Shown here: piece after piece, positions 1 through 10,122 of the stretch
Layout: every line of letters starts with the position of its first letter
Position numbering within the stretch: position 1 is the first letter of the stretch
Origin: Planctomycetota bacterium
GTDB lineage: Bacteria; Planctomycetota; B15-G4; JADJEK01
Direction of reading: 5' to 3'
Assembly: GCA_044225365.1 (NCBI GenBank)
Contig: JBGAIQ010000023.1
Span: 26,362 to 90,361 of the forward strand
DNA: 64,000 bases
The notes under the pieces: generated by a model
What the model saw: the letters and a program-made list of their open reading frames with translations, nothing else
What the model was told of the DNA's origin: nothing
Databases searched by the model: none
Made by a program: the position numbers and the translations under genes

Positions 1-406
1 CGAAGTAGAGCAAAGGCCCCGTCGCGAGCGTCATGGCCTCGAGCGCCACCCACATCAGCCCCAGGTGATGCGCCAGGATCATGAGCGACATCATCCCAAG
101 GAAGACGAGCAGGCACGCGCAGAACACGCGATTGCCGCAGTCGGCGCGCTCGCGCAGATAGCCGATCGCGTAGATCGAGCACACGAAGAAGAGGACGCTG
201 ACGACGAGCAACACGAGCCGTCCGGGCGGATCGAGTTCGACCCATTCGAACGGGCTACGGCTCGTTCCTCTCGCGAGCAGAGCGATCGTGACGAGCAAAT
301 GAACCACGCCGCAGATCGGCAATGTCCACGGGCGCTGCGACTCCGATCGCATGAGGAGCGCGATCGCTGCGACGAGGAACGGAGCGAGGACGAGGATCAG
401 GAGCAT
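1..406 (-). CDS. hyfF: Hydrogenase-4 component F / Ehr antiporter-like subunit, N-terminal part (runs off window)
   Basis: Manual translation from ATG at 406: MLLILVLAPFLVAAIALL...CSIYAIGYL...HHLGLMWVALEAMTLATGPLLYF, a NuoL/M/N-type TM pattern; follows hyfE. Confidence 0.85.
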   Translation of the reverse strand, partial: MLLILVLAPFLVAAIALLMRSESQRPWTLPICGVVHLLVTIALLARGTSRSPFEWVELDPPGRLVLLVVSVLFFVCSIYAIGYLRERADCGNRVFCACLLVFLGMMSLMILAHHLGLMWVALEAMTLATGPLLYF

Positions 407-412
407 CCGCCG

Positions 413-1072
413 TCACTCCTTCAATTCCGCGAGACGGTCGGTGCTGATCGACGAGAACTCGCGACTGATGTGATGGATGATGATTCCCATCACGAAGATC
501 GCGACGAACAGATCGAGCAGAACGCCCACTTCGACGAGGAACGGCATCGCGTGGAGCAGGAGGAGTCCGAAGACGAAGATCCCGTTCTCGAGCACGAGAT
601 ACCCCACCACCTGCGTGATCGCCTTGATGCGCGTGATGATGAGCAGGAAGCCGGTGAGGACCGTCGCGAACGACGTCGTCACGATGGCCCGCGCGCTGGG
701 AAGAGGCGACTGGTCGAGAGGCAACACCTGCGCGAGCCGCATCGACACGAACACCGCGAGCGCGCCGAGAACGAGCGACGCGCGATATCCGATGAGGGGC
801 TCGATCTCCCTTCGCATCGGTACGTCGACCATCGCACGCGTGAGCATTCGCGGAATGACGATTCCCTTCAATGCGATCGCGCCGAGGCTGACGACGACCT
901 CGCGGAATCCGATCGAACCTTGCGCTGAATTCACGAGGAGCGGGAGGATGCCGAGAAGGAGTCCCTGGATCGCGACGCCGAAGACGATCGACCGGATGCG
1001 GCTCACGCCCAGCATGGCGAAGTCGAGCAGGAGCACGACGACGAGGATCGATTCAGCCGCGGCGGTGAGCAT
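413..1072 (-). CDS. hyfE: Hydrogenase-4 component E (membrane subunit)
   Basis: Hydrophobic 219 aa; AITQVVGYLVLENGI and EVGVLLD motifs; position in hyf operon. Confidence 0.9.
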   Translation of the reverse strand: MLTAAAESILVVVLLLDFAMLGVSRIRSIVFGVAIQGLLLGILPLLVNSAQGSIGFREVVVSLGAIALKGIVIPRMLTRAMVDVPMRREIEPLIGYRASLVLGALAVFVSMRLAQVLPLDQSPLPSARAIVTTSFATVLTGFLLIITRIKAITQVVGYLVLENGIFVFGLLLLHAMPFLVEVGVLLDLFVAIFVMGIIIHHISREFSSISTDRLAELKE

Positions 1073-1087
1073 CTTGCCCGTGAACCT

Positions 1088-1990
1088 TCACAACAGGAGG
1101 AATCCAAAGCCCGTGAGCAGACAGGCGCCGATCAACAGGTTCGAGACGTGAACGAGACGGAGCCGCGCCATGACCGACTCCACGACTCCGACGATCACGG
1201 CGACGAGTCCCACGGCGCACGCGAAGACGAGAGCGTCGACGATCGCTCGTCCGGTATGGACCGGCACGATCATTCGCGCGACCAACGCCGCGAACACGAA
1301 CAGCTTGATCGCGGCGCCGTAGAGCACGATGCCGAGCGCAGGTCCGCCGTGATCGAGCACCATCACCTCGTGGATCATCGTGAGTTCGAGATGGGTGTTC
1401 GGATCGTCGAACGGGATGCGACAGTTCTCCAGCAATGCGATCAGGAACAGGCCGAGCAGCACCAGGACGAGGGTCGGCGGAGCGCTGATCCACGCGTGCG
1501 ACATCCCGCTCCCGAACATCTGCGAGAGTTCGATCGATCCGGTCGCACGCGAGATCGCGAGCAGGCCGAGCATCAGCGCAGGTTCGGCGAAGCAGGCGAA
1601 CGTGGTCTCGCGCGCGGCGCCCATCCCTTCGAACGCCGATCCCGTATCGAGTGCGGCGAGCACCGTCAGGATTCGTCCCACGGCGAGCAAGCCGACGAGC
1701 AGGAAGAGATCGCCGCGAAAGTGCAAGACGGCGAGCGCGCCGTCGACCGGAACGAAGAGGCCCGCGACGATCGCACCGGCGAGCGTGGCAGCCGGCCCGA
1801 TGAGGAAGACGGGGCTCGTCGTCGTCGAGAGCACGAGGCTCTTCTTCGCGAGCTTCACGAGGTCGAACCAGGGCTGCATCACCGGCGGTCCGCGGCGGCC
1901 GGCGAAGAACGCCTTCACCTTCGTCACGACACCGAGCAGGATCGGTGGCAGGACGAGCAGCAGGACGAGGTGGTAGGCGATGCGCTCCAT
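1088..1990 (-). CDS. hyfC: Hydrogenase-4 component C / HycD (NuoH-like) subunit
   Basis: Start MERIAYHL overlaps the hyfB stop (TGATG); RRGPPVMQPWFDLVKL, FEGMGAARE and RIPFDDPNTHLELTMIHE motifs. Confidence 0.9.
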   Translation of the reverse strand: MERIAYHLVLLLVLPPILLGVVTKVKAFFAGRRGPPVMQPWFDLVKLAKKSLVLSTTTSPVFLIGPAATLAGAIVAGLFVPVDGALAVLHFRGDLFLLVGLLAVGRILTVLAALDTGSAFEGMGAARETTFACFAEPALMLGLLAISRATGSIELSQMFGSGMSHAWISAPPTLVLVLLGLFLIALLENCRIPFDDPNTHLELTMIHEVMVLDHGGPALGIVLYGAAIKLFVFAALVARMIVPVHTGRAIVDALVFACAVGLVAVIVGVVESVMARLRLVHVSNLLIGACLLTGFGFLLL

Positions 1991-3960
1991 CAGGAGAGAC
2001 CCGTCAGCGCGAACAGGACGACGAGCACGACGAGGACGTAGAGCACGTAGATGCCGGTTCGCCCTTGCTGGAGGATTCGGACGCGATTCAACGCGGACGC
2101 GAGCCGGCGGAACCAAGGCTGGACGCCGCGTTCGAGCAGCGGATCGTCGTCGACCGTCGACGAGAGCTCCGATTTCTCCGGGAACACGCCGGCGATGCGG
2201 GGTGCGGCCGATCGCTTCGGCACCACCCATGACGCCGCTTCCGCGAGCATCTGCGAGGACGACGATGCCGTGTACTGCATGCGTGCGGAGGGCTTCGCGT
2301 AACCGCAGTCCCAGGTCACGGACTTCTTCGCGCTGCGCGCGCGGATCCGCAGCACGCCGAAGATCACGAAGAACAACCCGACGAGGACGAGGCCGACGAA
2401 GGAGAGTTCGACCAGCGGAGCGAGATCGATGAGCGCGGGCGACCCGTCGCCCATTCCCGCGGCATGGACCGCGCGCTCGAGGAGCGGCGCGACGAAACGC
2501 GACAGGAAACCGATCGCGACGCACGCGATCGCGAGGCACGTCATCGGCATGCGCATCGAGGCCGGGATCTCGTGGGCGCGGGCGACGACATCCGAGCGCG
2601 GCTGCCCGAGGAACGTCGCCGCGAACATCCGGGCGAAGGCGGCGAGCGCGACGGCGCTCGCGAACGCGAGGGCCGCAGCCGCGAATGCGGCGGCGCGCGG
2701 CGCGCCGTCCGAACCCGCGATGCGGAAGAGCGCGAGGAACACGAGGAGTTCGCTCACGAAGCCGTTCAGTGGCGGCACGGCCGAGAGCGACAGTACGGCG
2801 ATGAGCATGCGCCGGCTCGTGGCGCCGAGCTTTGCACCGAGACCACCGAGACGTTCGAACCGACGCGTGCTCGTCGCATGCAGCACCGAGCCTGCGGCTA
2901 GGAAAGCGAGCGGCTTCATCACCGAGTGATTGAGGACGTGCAGGAGCGCGCCGGCGAGCCCGAGCATCGCGACCTCGACGTGTCCCATCGCTTGCCCGAC
3001 GAAGGCCGCGCCGATCCCGATGAAGATCACGCCGACGTTCTCCACGCTGCTGTACGCGAGCATCCGTTTCAGGTCGTTCTGCGCGACGGCGTTCAGCGCG
3101 CCGAACACGGCCGAAGCGCAGCCGAGGAACATCAGGAGGTAGCCCCACTCCGCGACGGGCGGTCCCAGCACCGTTCCCGCCCGCAGAACGCCGTAGACGC
3201 CGACCTTCAGCACGACTCCGGAAAGCACCGCCGACACGTGGCTCGGCGCCGTCGCGTGCGCGCCGGGCAACCAGACATGCATGGGCGCGAGGCCGGCCTT
3301 GAGCCCAAAACCGACGACCGCCAGCACGAAGAGGATCGTGGCGGCATGCGGCGCGATCTCCCTCGCCTCGTCCCACGCGAAGGACCCGGTCTCGCGATGC
3401 AGGAACGCGAAGTAAAGGAAGAGGACGAGCGCGCCGATGTGGGCCGCGACGAGGTAGACCCACGACGCCGCGCGAGCTTCTTCGTCGTCGTCCTCGGTGC
3501 CGATCAGGAAGAACGCGGTGATCGCCATCGCTTCCCACGCGATGAGGAGCGCGATCCCATCGGCAGCGACGAGGACGAGCGTCATGGCAGCGGCGAGGAG
3601 ACCGAAGAAGGCGCGCAGTCGGCGAGCCTGCGCGCGGCGATCCCGCTCGTTGAAGTACCCGAGCCCGTACCAGGCGAGCAGCACGGGTACGCCGAACACG
3701 GGTAAGAGGAAGCAGGAAGCCAGCGCATCGAGTCGGAACGACAGCGGGCCGAACATGAATCCGTCGAAGGACGCCGTCGACGCGTCTTGCTGGCCGAGCA
3801 GGATCGCCATTGTCGCAGAGAGTCCGAACGCCGCGGCGACGAGGAGGAAGGCCACTCCAAGTCGATCTCCGGTGTCCTTGCCGCGCGACGGCAGAAGGCC
3901 GACGATTCCGCTCGCAGCTTGCAGGCTCGCCGCCATCAACACGGCGTCGAGCGGCGTCAT
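1990..3960 (-). CDS. hyfB: Hydrogenase-4 component B (NuoL-like antiporter subunit)
   Basis: Start MTPLDAVL; GFGLKAGLAPMHVWLPGAH, DLKRMLAYSSVENVG, PPLNGFVSE and TWDCGY motifs. Confidence 0.9.
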   Translation of the reverse strand: MTPLDAVLMAASLQAASGIVGLLPSRGKDTGDRLGVAFLLVAAAFGLSATMAILLGQQDASTASFDGFMFGPLSFRLDALASCFLLPVFGVPVLLAWYGLGYFNERDRRAQARRLRAFFGLLAAAMTLVLVAADGIALLIAWEAMAITAFFLIGTEDDDEEARAASWVYLVAAHIGALVLFLYFAFLHRETGSFAWDEAREIAPHAATILFVLAVVGFGLKAGLAPMHVWLPGAHATAPSHVSAVLSGVVLKVGVYGVLRAGTVLGPPVAEWGYLLMFLGCASAVFGALNAVAQNDLKRMLAYSSVENVGVIFIGIGAAFVGQAMGHVEVAMLGLAGALLHVLNHSVMKPLAFLAAGSVLHATSTRRFERLGGLGAKLGATSRRMLIAVLSLSAVPPLNGFVSELLVFLALFRIAGSDGAPRAAAFAAAALAFASAVALAAFARMFAATFLGQPRSDVVARAHEIPASMRMPMTCLAIACVAIGFLSRFVAPLLERAVHAAGMGDGSPALIDLAPLVELSFVGLVLVGLFFVIFGVLRIRARSAKKSVTWDCGYAKPSARMQYTASSSSQMLAEAASWVVPKRSAAPRIAGVFPEKSELSSTVDDDPLLERGVQPWFRRLASALNRVRILQQGRTGIYVLYVLVVLVVLFALTGLS

Positions 3961-4670
3961 GAGGGCGTTCCCGCTGCAGGAGGATTCGACACGCGCGTCT
4001 CGGCTGCTGCGAGGATCTCCATGAAGTGCGATGCGGTTCGATTGCGCGTCGGATCGAGGAGCGCGGCGCGAACACTCTTCTCCTGCAGTACGAAGCCGAG
4101 TCGCGATAGAAGCTGCAGGTGGACGCGCGTCGTCGGTGAGACGAGCAGGAAGATCGCGTGGACCGGTTTCTTGTCGATGGCGCCGAACTCGATCCCACGC
4201 TTCAAGAGCGCGAGGACGAGGACCGGCTCCTTCACGCGGAGCACGATCGGCGTGCGGACGTGCGGGATCGCGATCCCGTCGCCGATTCCGGTCGAAGCGA
4301 GCGCCTCGCGCGCGAGCAGGATGTCGAGCAATGCCTCCCGGTCGACACCGCGCGGCAGTTCGATCGCTCGGATCATCGCGGCGAGCGCCTCCCGTCGATC
4401 GTTCGCTTCGAGTTCGTCGAGGATGGCCCCCGCGCCGAGCGCCTCCGTCAGCGTGGGCGCGGACGCGGCGCGAATCCCCGACGAGTCGTCGATCCACGAC
4501 GCGGGCAGCTTGATCCCGCGCTCCGTTGCCCACTCGAACACGGCGGCGGCATTGAAACGCAACTGACCGTCGATGTCGGAGACCGGGAGCCCCTCTTGCT
4601 CCACCCAGCGTCGGACCTCTTTCTCGGTCACCCCGAGGCGAGTCACGACATCCTTCATGCTGAGTCGCAT
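3957..4670 (-). CDS. PTS IIA(Ntr)-like regulator with N-terminal excisionase-type HTH
   Basis: N-term LSMKDVVTRLGVTEKEVRRWV HTH; C-term REALASTGIGDGIAIPH with phospho-His; ATGA overlap with hyfB. Confidence 0.85.
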   Translation of the reverse strand: MRLSMKDVVTRLGVTEKEVRRWVEQEGLPVSDIDGQLRFNAAAVFEWATERGIKLPASWIDDSSGIRAASAPTLTEALGAGAILDELEANDRREALAAMIRAIELPRGVDREALLDILLAREALASTGIGDGIAIPHVRTPIVLRVKEPVLVLALLKRGIEFGAIDKKPVHAIFLLVSPTTRVHLQLLSRLGFVLQEKSVRAALLDPTRNRTASHFMEILAAAETRVSNPPAAGTPS

Positions 4671-4849
4671 TGCTGGTCGCGCCCGCTCTGCCGCGTGGCG
4701 CCTGTGCGACACCCTGCCACCGCGAAATCGCGCGCAGCGAGGGCGCCGGTGAAAACACCGGAGAGTAGTCGTCGCCGGTCGGTTGTAAAGCCGGATCGCG
4801 AATTGAACGCGGCGAACCCGGACCGTTGCCGAAGCCTCGATCCAGAGCT

Positions 4850-5566
4850 TCAAGATGGATGCGGACTCCAGTCGCCGAACTCCTCGATGCGAGACACGAA
4901 TTCGACGATCGCGTCAGCGGCTTCGCCGGGGCGAACCTGCAGGATCCAATGCGGTCCTTCGAGCGCGACGACGCGCGCGGTCGGCTGGATGCGGCGCAGC
5001 AATTCGGTTGCCCTCGGCGGAACGACTCGATCCCTCGTGCCGGTGAGGATCATGATCGGCGCCGTGATCCTCGCGAGTTCGGCCGTGACGTCGACCGCGA
5101 GCACCGCGGACAGTCGGGACCGCAGGACGGCAGGCGACACCTTCGCGAGCGCCGCGACGAAGTCGAGGCGTAGTCTCGAACTCAAAGAGCGACTCAGACA
5201 CCGAGCGATGAAGGGCGCACCCAGGATTACCGAGGGTATGAAGCGAACGAGCGCCTGCAGCAGCCGAGCCATCGGTATCGGAGTTCGCGCGAACGTACCG
5301 CATAGAACGAGGCCCTTCACGCGTGCGCCATGCTTCGCGGCGAGCGAGATCGCGATCGGGCCGGAGAAGGACTCTCCAAGGAGTACGACGGAATCGAATC
5401 GCAGCAACAGGTCCTCCGCGCATCGCTCGAGCTGTGCGGTCGTGAGATCCTGGGTCGTGGGATAACTTCCTGCTTCAACGGGCACTCGCGATCCCATCGC
5501 GGCGATCAGATCGCGGAAGAGGTCGCCGGTTCCATCCATCCCGGGGAGTAGAACCAATGTGTTCAT
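4850..5566 (-). CDS. Alpha/beta fold hydrolase
   Basis: LVLLPGMDGTG, GESFSG nucleophile elbow, DRVV and GPH acid/His. Confidence 0.85.
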   Translation of the reverse strand: MNTLVLLPGMDGTGDLFRDLIAAMGSRVPVEAGSYPTTQDLTTAQLERCAEDLLLRFDSVVLLGESFSGPIAISLAAKHGARVKGLVLCGTFARTPIPMARLLQALVRFIPSVILGAPFIARCLSRSLSSRLRLDFVAALAKVSPAVLRSRLSAVLAVDVTAELARITAPIMILTGTRDRVVPPRATELLRRIQPTARVVALEGPHWILQVRPGEAADAIVEFVSRIEEFGDWSPHPS

Positions 5567-5591
5567 GGGCGCAGGATCGTCGACTGCGATG

Positions 5592-6014
5592 TCATCGCAC
5601 GTGCCGCCGGTAGAACGAAACGACGACCGCCGCCGCGAGGACGTGCACCGCCATTCCTATGAAATCGATCGCGTAGTGGATCCACACCCCGTTGGGATCG
5701 GGGTCGGGTCCGAGCGTTCGAAGATAAGCATTTCGTATGATGGCGAGAGCGAGGCCCGTCATGATCGCCATGCTCGAGAGCAAAGCGATCCAGAACGTGC
5801 CGACGCGCCCCGCACGTAGGTAGCGAGGAACGAGCACGAGGTGATGGAAATACGTCGTGCACGAATACGCCAGCATCAACGATGCCGTGGTGATCGCCGC
5901 GAGTCCGAGCGTCGGATGGAATCCACGCGTGACGAAGAACCAGACGACCGATACCGCGAGCCACGCGAGGAGCGAGAGCTCGAGCCCTCTCCTCGACTTC
6001 GCGGCGTAACTCAC
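5592..6014 (-). CDS. Hypothetical 4-TM membrane protein
   Basis: GTG start overlapping the upstream stop; four hydrophobic segments. Confidence 0.6.
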   Translation of the reverse strand: MSYAAKSRRGLELSLLAWLAVSVVWFFVTRGFHPTLGLAAITTASLMLAYSCTTYFHHLVLVPRYLRAGRVGTFWIALLSSMAIMTGLALAIIRNAYLRTLGPDPDPNGVWIHYAIDFIGMAVHVLAAAVVVSFYRRHVR

Positions 6015-6436
6015 GGAGTCGGTTTCCGCCGTTGGCTTTTCTGGACCTTCGTGCGCTTGGACGAGGCGGCCGCCCTCTCGGCCAGTCTCGCCTTGACGAG
6101 CCTGCGAACGAGGGCAACGGGCAGGGGATTCTTCGCGTCGAAGCGCAGCGTTCCCTTGCTCGTGTCGTAGCGAGCGGCGTCGCGCCCGAGAGCCGCGATG
6201 GGATACGCACCTGGGTATATCGCGCAGTGCTTCGTGGCCGCGCCGAACGAGATCAGCATCCTGCCCTCGAATCGAAACGTCGGCACCTGATAGCTGATGC
6301 ACTCCTCGGCCGTCGGAACGATGGTTCGGATGTCGCGCCGCAATTTCTCGAGCGCGACTCGCTGGTCGTCCGGGATGCGGGCGAGATACTCGTCGATCGT
6401 CTTCGGCGGGGACGGCACGGTCGTTCCTCCGATCAT
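6011..6436 (-). CDS. DUF1801 / YdhG-like protein
   Basis: TIDEYLARIP...LRRDIRTIVPTAEECISYQVPTF...SKGTLRF pattern. Confidence 0.85.
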   Translation of the reverse strand: MIGGTTVPSPPKTIDEYLARIPDDQRVALEKLRRDIRTIVPTAEECISYQVPTFRFEGRMLISFGAATKHCAIYPGAYPIAALGRDAARYDTSKGTLRFDAKNPLPVALVRRLVKARLAERAAASSKRTKVQKSQRRKPTP

Positions 6437-6963
6437 TTCATCGCGGGAAGATAACGTTCGTGCAAGACGCGCATGTGATGGATGACGTGGCCCGCAGTGA
6501 TATACGCGAGCGCGCGAACGGTCACCGGATTCCCGCTCGCGAGGCCCCGCCGCGACCAGGCCTCGTTCGGGAGATCCGCGAACAGCGCGAGTGATGCGGC
6601 GCGTACCGCTGCGAACTCCGACACGAGACTGGCCCACGACCGCTCGTCCGCCCGGGAATGCGCGACCGCGTCGTCCTGCTCGAAACTCGGCAGCGCGGAG
6701 TCGAAGCCGCGGGCAAACCAGAAGGCGCGAAAGCAGAACAGCCGCTCACCGTCGTTGATGTGGCTCAGGACCTGCCGAATACTCCACTTGCCCTCCGCAT
6801 ACCGAAACTTCGACTGCGGCTCGGTGATTCCCCGCAATACGGCAAGCGTCTCCGGGAGCTGCGACTCGAGCGTTTGCACGATGTCGCCCCGACCGACCTT
6901 GTCGATGTACGTGAAGTAGTATTCGGCGGCCTCGGATCGATCTGGCGCGGTGATCTTCGTCAT
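6433..6963 (-). CDS. DinB family protein
   Basis: YAEGKWSIRQVLSHINDGER, LPSFEQD and AGHVIHH metal-binding histidines. Confidence 0.85.
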   Translation of the reverse strand: MTKITAPDRSEAAEYYFTYIDKVGRGDIVQTLESQLPETLAVLRGITEPQSKFRYAEGKWSIRQVLSHINDGERLFCFRAFWFARGFDSALPSFEQDDAVAHSRADERSWASLVSEFAAVRAASLALFADLPNEAWSRRGLASGNPVTVRALAYITAGHVIHHMRVLHERYLPAMK

Positions 6964-7039
6964 GAAATCGCTCGTCCTTCGCGGCGTCGCCACGGTACGC
7001 ACCCCTTCGTGAGGGCGCAACGCGGAACACGTCGCAGTG

Positions 7040-7906
7040 TCAGGCGTTCGCGACGCGAGCCCGCACGATTCGCGTCACGCCGCCGACCTGGATCGTCTTC
7101 CCCTCGCGGGTTCGTTCGAGAGCGGTCGAGAACTCCCTCTCCCAGGCGAGTTGATCCGATGCGGGCAGTTCGTTGAGCAGTCGGGTAAGTCCCATCGCGC
7201 GAGTCCACTCGATGACGTCGGCGGTCGATTCGGATTCGAATACAGGAACGGCCATTTCCTCGACGAGATCCACTGCGAATCCGGCGTGCCCGAAGTCGCG
7301 TTCGATCCGCTCGAGGTGGGCGAAGCGAAATGCTCCAGGAGACTCGAAATCGATCGCTGGCACCGGGCGACGAGTGGCGAGGATGCTGCGGGGCAATGTG
7401 TAATAAGGCACGCGTTCCGGCTCCGCCCAGAGCGCTGCAATCAAGATTCCGTCGCCTCGCAGAGCGCGACGCACCGTCGCGAGGGCCGCACCCGGCGCCG
7501 ACATGTACATCAGCCCCCACCGCGCGGTCGCGACGTGGAAATGCGCGGAAGGAAGTGTCGCTATGGTCTCCGCATCCCCAGCGCGCAATTCGATATTGAT
7601 CAAGCCTTCGGCGCGGGCCCGGCTCCGTGCCATCTCCAACACGCGGTCGTCGCGTTCGACCCCGACGACGCTGCCCGTGGGACCCACGCAGTGCGCTGCC
7701 GGAATCGCCGGTTCGCCACGCCCCGTCGCGATGTCGAGCACTCGCATCCCGGGGCGAAGCCCCGCGATGTCGAGCATTCGCGCGCTGACGCCCGATGTGA
7801 GCTTCGCTTCGACCGCGTCGTAACGGCGCCAGATCTCTTCGTGGGACACGAGCGGTCGGCTCTGCCTCGGATTCTTTCCGTCGCTCGCCCGAGGATCTTG
7901 AGTCAT
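7040..7906 (-). CDS. Class I SAM-dependent methyltransferase
   Basis: LRPGMRVLDIATGRGEPA motif I; GDAE; RWGLMYM; start approximate. Confidence 0.85.
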   Translation of the reverse strand: MTQDPRASDGKNPRQSRPLVSHEEIWRRYDAVEAKLTSGVSARMLDIAGLRPGMRVLDIATGRGEPAIPAAHCVGPTGSVVGVERDDRVLEMARSRARAEGLINIELRAGDAETIATLPSAHFHVATARWGLMYMSAPGAALATVRRALRGDGILIAALWAEPERVPYYTLPRSILATRRPVPAIDFESPGAFRFAHLERIERDFGHAGFAVDLVEEMAVPVFESESTADVIEWTRAMGLTRLLNELPASDQLAWEREFSTALERTREGKTIQVGGVTRIVRARVANA

Positions 7907-8102
7907 TTCGTGGGTTCCGTTCGAAGGAGCCCAAGAATGGTGCGCGAGGCCGCGGAAAGCAAGATCCGGCGTTTCAACGTCGAGAGCGATCGACCTCGAT
8001 TGCAGGGCGATCTCGCAATGCTCCAGATCCACATCCCCATGCAAACCGATGAGTGGGCACGGTCGAAAGGGTCGACCGCAGGTCCGCCGGGAGATTGGTG
8101 CC

Positions 8103-8489
8103 ATGCGAAACATCCTCATCGTCGATGACGACTGCGAGCTGCTCGACATCTTCGTTCGCGAACTCTCTGATCAGGATCCTGATTGGAATGTCGTCGGCGT
8201 GACCAATGGCGAGCAGGCGCGACTCGCGCTGCGGTCGACGCCGATGGATCTGATGATCACCGACATCCACATGCCGGATCAGAACGGCCTGTCCCTCATT
8301 CTCGATGCGCGAACGATCCGGCCGGAGATCCAGGTGATCGCGATGTCGGGCCAGCGCGATTTCGGAGGCATGGATCTCTTCGAATGGGCGGAGTCGTTCG
8401 GGTCTGCTGCGATGATCGAGAAGCCGTTCCGCCTCGCCGAATTCGTTCAGACCGTGCGTGGAGCGCTCGCCCCATCCGCAGCTGCATGA
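8103..8489 (+). CDS. Single-domain response regulator (receiver)
   Basis: ILIVDDD, DLMITDIHMPDQNG, AMSG and KPF motifs; GGAG upstream. Confidence 0.9.
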   Translation: MRNILIVDDDCELLDIFVRELSDQDPDWNVVGVTNGEQARLALRSTPMDLMITDIHMPDQNGLSLILDARTIRPEIQVIAMSGQRDFGGMDLFEWAESFGSAAMIEKPFRLAEFVQTVRGALAPSAAA

Positions 8490-8586
8490 GCGTCGAGCCC
8501 TCGTTACTTCCGGCTTACCCCGGAAACTGAACACGTCGATTACCTTCGGCCGAAACGGGTCGGACCGTTTCACTGGAGGATCGACG

Positions 8587-10122
8587 ATGTGGATCACGAT
8601 TCGGCGCGCGGAATCGACGGCCTTCGGCTGCCTCCTCGCACTCTTCTCTTGTTCATCGGGGGCGAGCCCGGATGTCTGTCAGGTCCCGCCCGGGAAGATC
8701 GCCGTGCTCATCCGTCTCGATGGCAGGGAACTGCCCGAGGGTGAATTCATCGCGCCGACGGTGAAGGACGACGAGCCCCCGTACCAGGGCGTGCAGCTCG
8801 ACGTATTACCACCGGGCTATCACCCCCAGGTCCGATCGAATCATTATCGCTGGGAGTTGTTCCCTCAGGTCGTCGTGCCTTCCGACAGCGTCGGCGTCAT
8901 GGTGCGGCTGTTCGGGGAATCGTTGCCCGAAGGGCAGATCTTCGCGGACGAGAACCCGGACGACGAGAAGAAGGGGATCCTGCGCAAGGGGATCCTCGCG
9001 AAGACGCTCGGTCCCGGAACGCACTTCATCAACCTACGCGCCTTCGACGTCATCGTCGCTCCCCGCGTCTCGCTCGGACCGGGACAGGTCGGAATCGTGA
9101 CTCGGCTCTATGGGAATCAGCCTGCCGACCCGAATGCGTTCATCGTCGGTCCGAACGAACGAGGAGTGCAGAGCGCGCCGCTCCCGCCCGGCGCTCACTA
9201 CATCAATCCCTATACCGATCTCGTGATGCCGATGTCGCGCGAGTCGCAGCGAATCGATCTGAAGGCGCCGGGTCGCAGGGTTCGCTCGCCCACGCTCGAC
9301 GGTTTCGACGTCGCGCTCAACGGCACGATCGAATGGGCCGTGCCGGAGGAAGCCGCGCCGCTCGCATTTGCGCGGTACGGCAACATCGACAAGATCCAGG
9401 ACACGCTCCTGATGCCCGCGACGCGCGCCGTGTCGCGCGAGCAGGGTCTGCGCACTGCGGTTCGCGACTTCCTGTCGAGCGCGCGCCTGCTCGCCTTCCA
9501 GAACAACACCGAAGCCGACCTGAAGGCCCTCGTCGAGAAAGAAGGCATCGAGGTCCAGGATCTCACGGTCAGCGGCGTCGAGCCGCCTTCGGCACTCGCC
9601 GAAGTGATCCAGTTCCGCGAGGCTTCGTCGCTCACGCGCGAGCAGTATCTCGCCGAGATCGAGAAGGCGAAGAGCACGTTCGACGTGTTGCGCGCTCAGG
9701 TCGGCGAAGAACGCCCGGAAGCCCTCGCCAAGGAAAAGAAGTCGTCGCTCGAGAAGACCGGTCTCGTCGCGAAGCAGAAGAGCGAGATCGAGAACTACCA
9801 GAATGCGATTCGGGAGCGCGTCGCGACCGACAAGCAGCGCGCGGAGGTCGACGCCGCGGAGATCCGTCGCAAGGCCGAGATCGAAGCCGCCTCGATCCGG
9901 CGTGCGTCGGATCTCGAAGTCGCGGCGCTGAAGCCGCTCATCGACGCGCATGGGGGCGGCGTCGCGTACGCACGCAGCCTGGCGATCGAGCGAATGGTGC
10001 CGCGCCTGCAATCCGTCTCGGCGGACATCGATGGCCCGCTCGGCGCCATGTTGCGAAATCTCGCTACGGATCCGTCTGCGAACCCGAGCCCCGCCCCGAA
10101 GAAGGAGGAGAAGCAGCAATGA
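8587..10122 (+). CDS. SPFH/Band-7 protein with three N-terminal repeats, probable lipoprotein
   Basis: Lipobox-like LLALFSC; three V-x-x-G-x-V-G-x-x-x-R...G-[VI]...L-x-P-G repeats; SPFH core (TLDGFDVALNGTIEW); coiled-coil tail. Confidence 0.8.
   Translation: MWITIRRAESTAFGCLLALFSCSSGASPDVCQVPPGKIAVLIRLDGRELPEGEFIAPTVKDDEPPYQGVQLDVLPPGYHPQVRSNHYRWELFPQVVVPSDSVGVMVRLFGESLPEGQIFADENPDDEKKGILRKGILAKTLGPGTHFINLRAFDVIVAPRVSLGPGQVGIVTRLYGNQPADPNAFIVGPNERGVQSAPLPPGAHYINPYTDLVMPMSRESQRIDLKAPGRRVRSPTLDGFDVALNGTIEWAVPEEAAPLAFARYGNIDKIQDTLLMPATRAVSREQGLRTAVRDFLSSARLLAFQNNTEADLKALVEKEGIEVQDLTVSGVEPPSALAEVIQFREASSLTREQYLAEIEKAKSTFDVLRAQVGEERPEALAKEKKSSLEKTGLVAKQKSEIENYQNAIRERVATDKQRAEVDAAEIRRKAEIEAASIRRASDLEVAALKPLIDAHGGGVAYARSLAIERMVPRLQSVSADIDGPLGAMLRNLATDPSANPSPAPKKEEKQQ

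Noticed and set aside
65-928. Long ORFs antisense to real genes (also 11570-12898, 23902-25419, 31160-33118, 51073-53217, 53126-56175, 57065-58771)
   Set aside because: Shadow ORFs caused by high-GC codon bias; Arg/His/Asp-rich with no motifs, while the opposite strand has clear family signatures
1088-4758. Apparent 1036-aa and 922-aa proteins in the ORF track
   Set aside because: Upstream extensions in stop-free alternate frames; the real starts at 1990 and 3960 show translational coupling
4850-7906. Run of small co-oriented genes resembling an integron cassette array
   Set aside because: Several genes overlap by ATGA/GTGA, leaving no room for attC sites; no repeated spacer and no integrase
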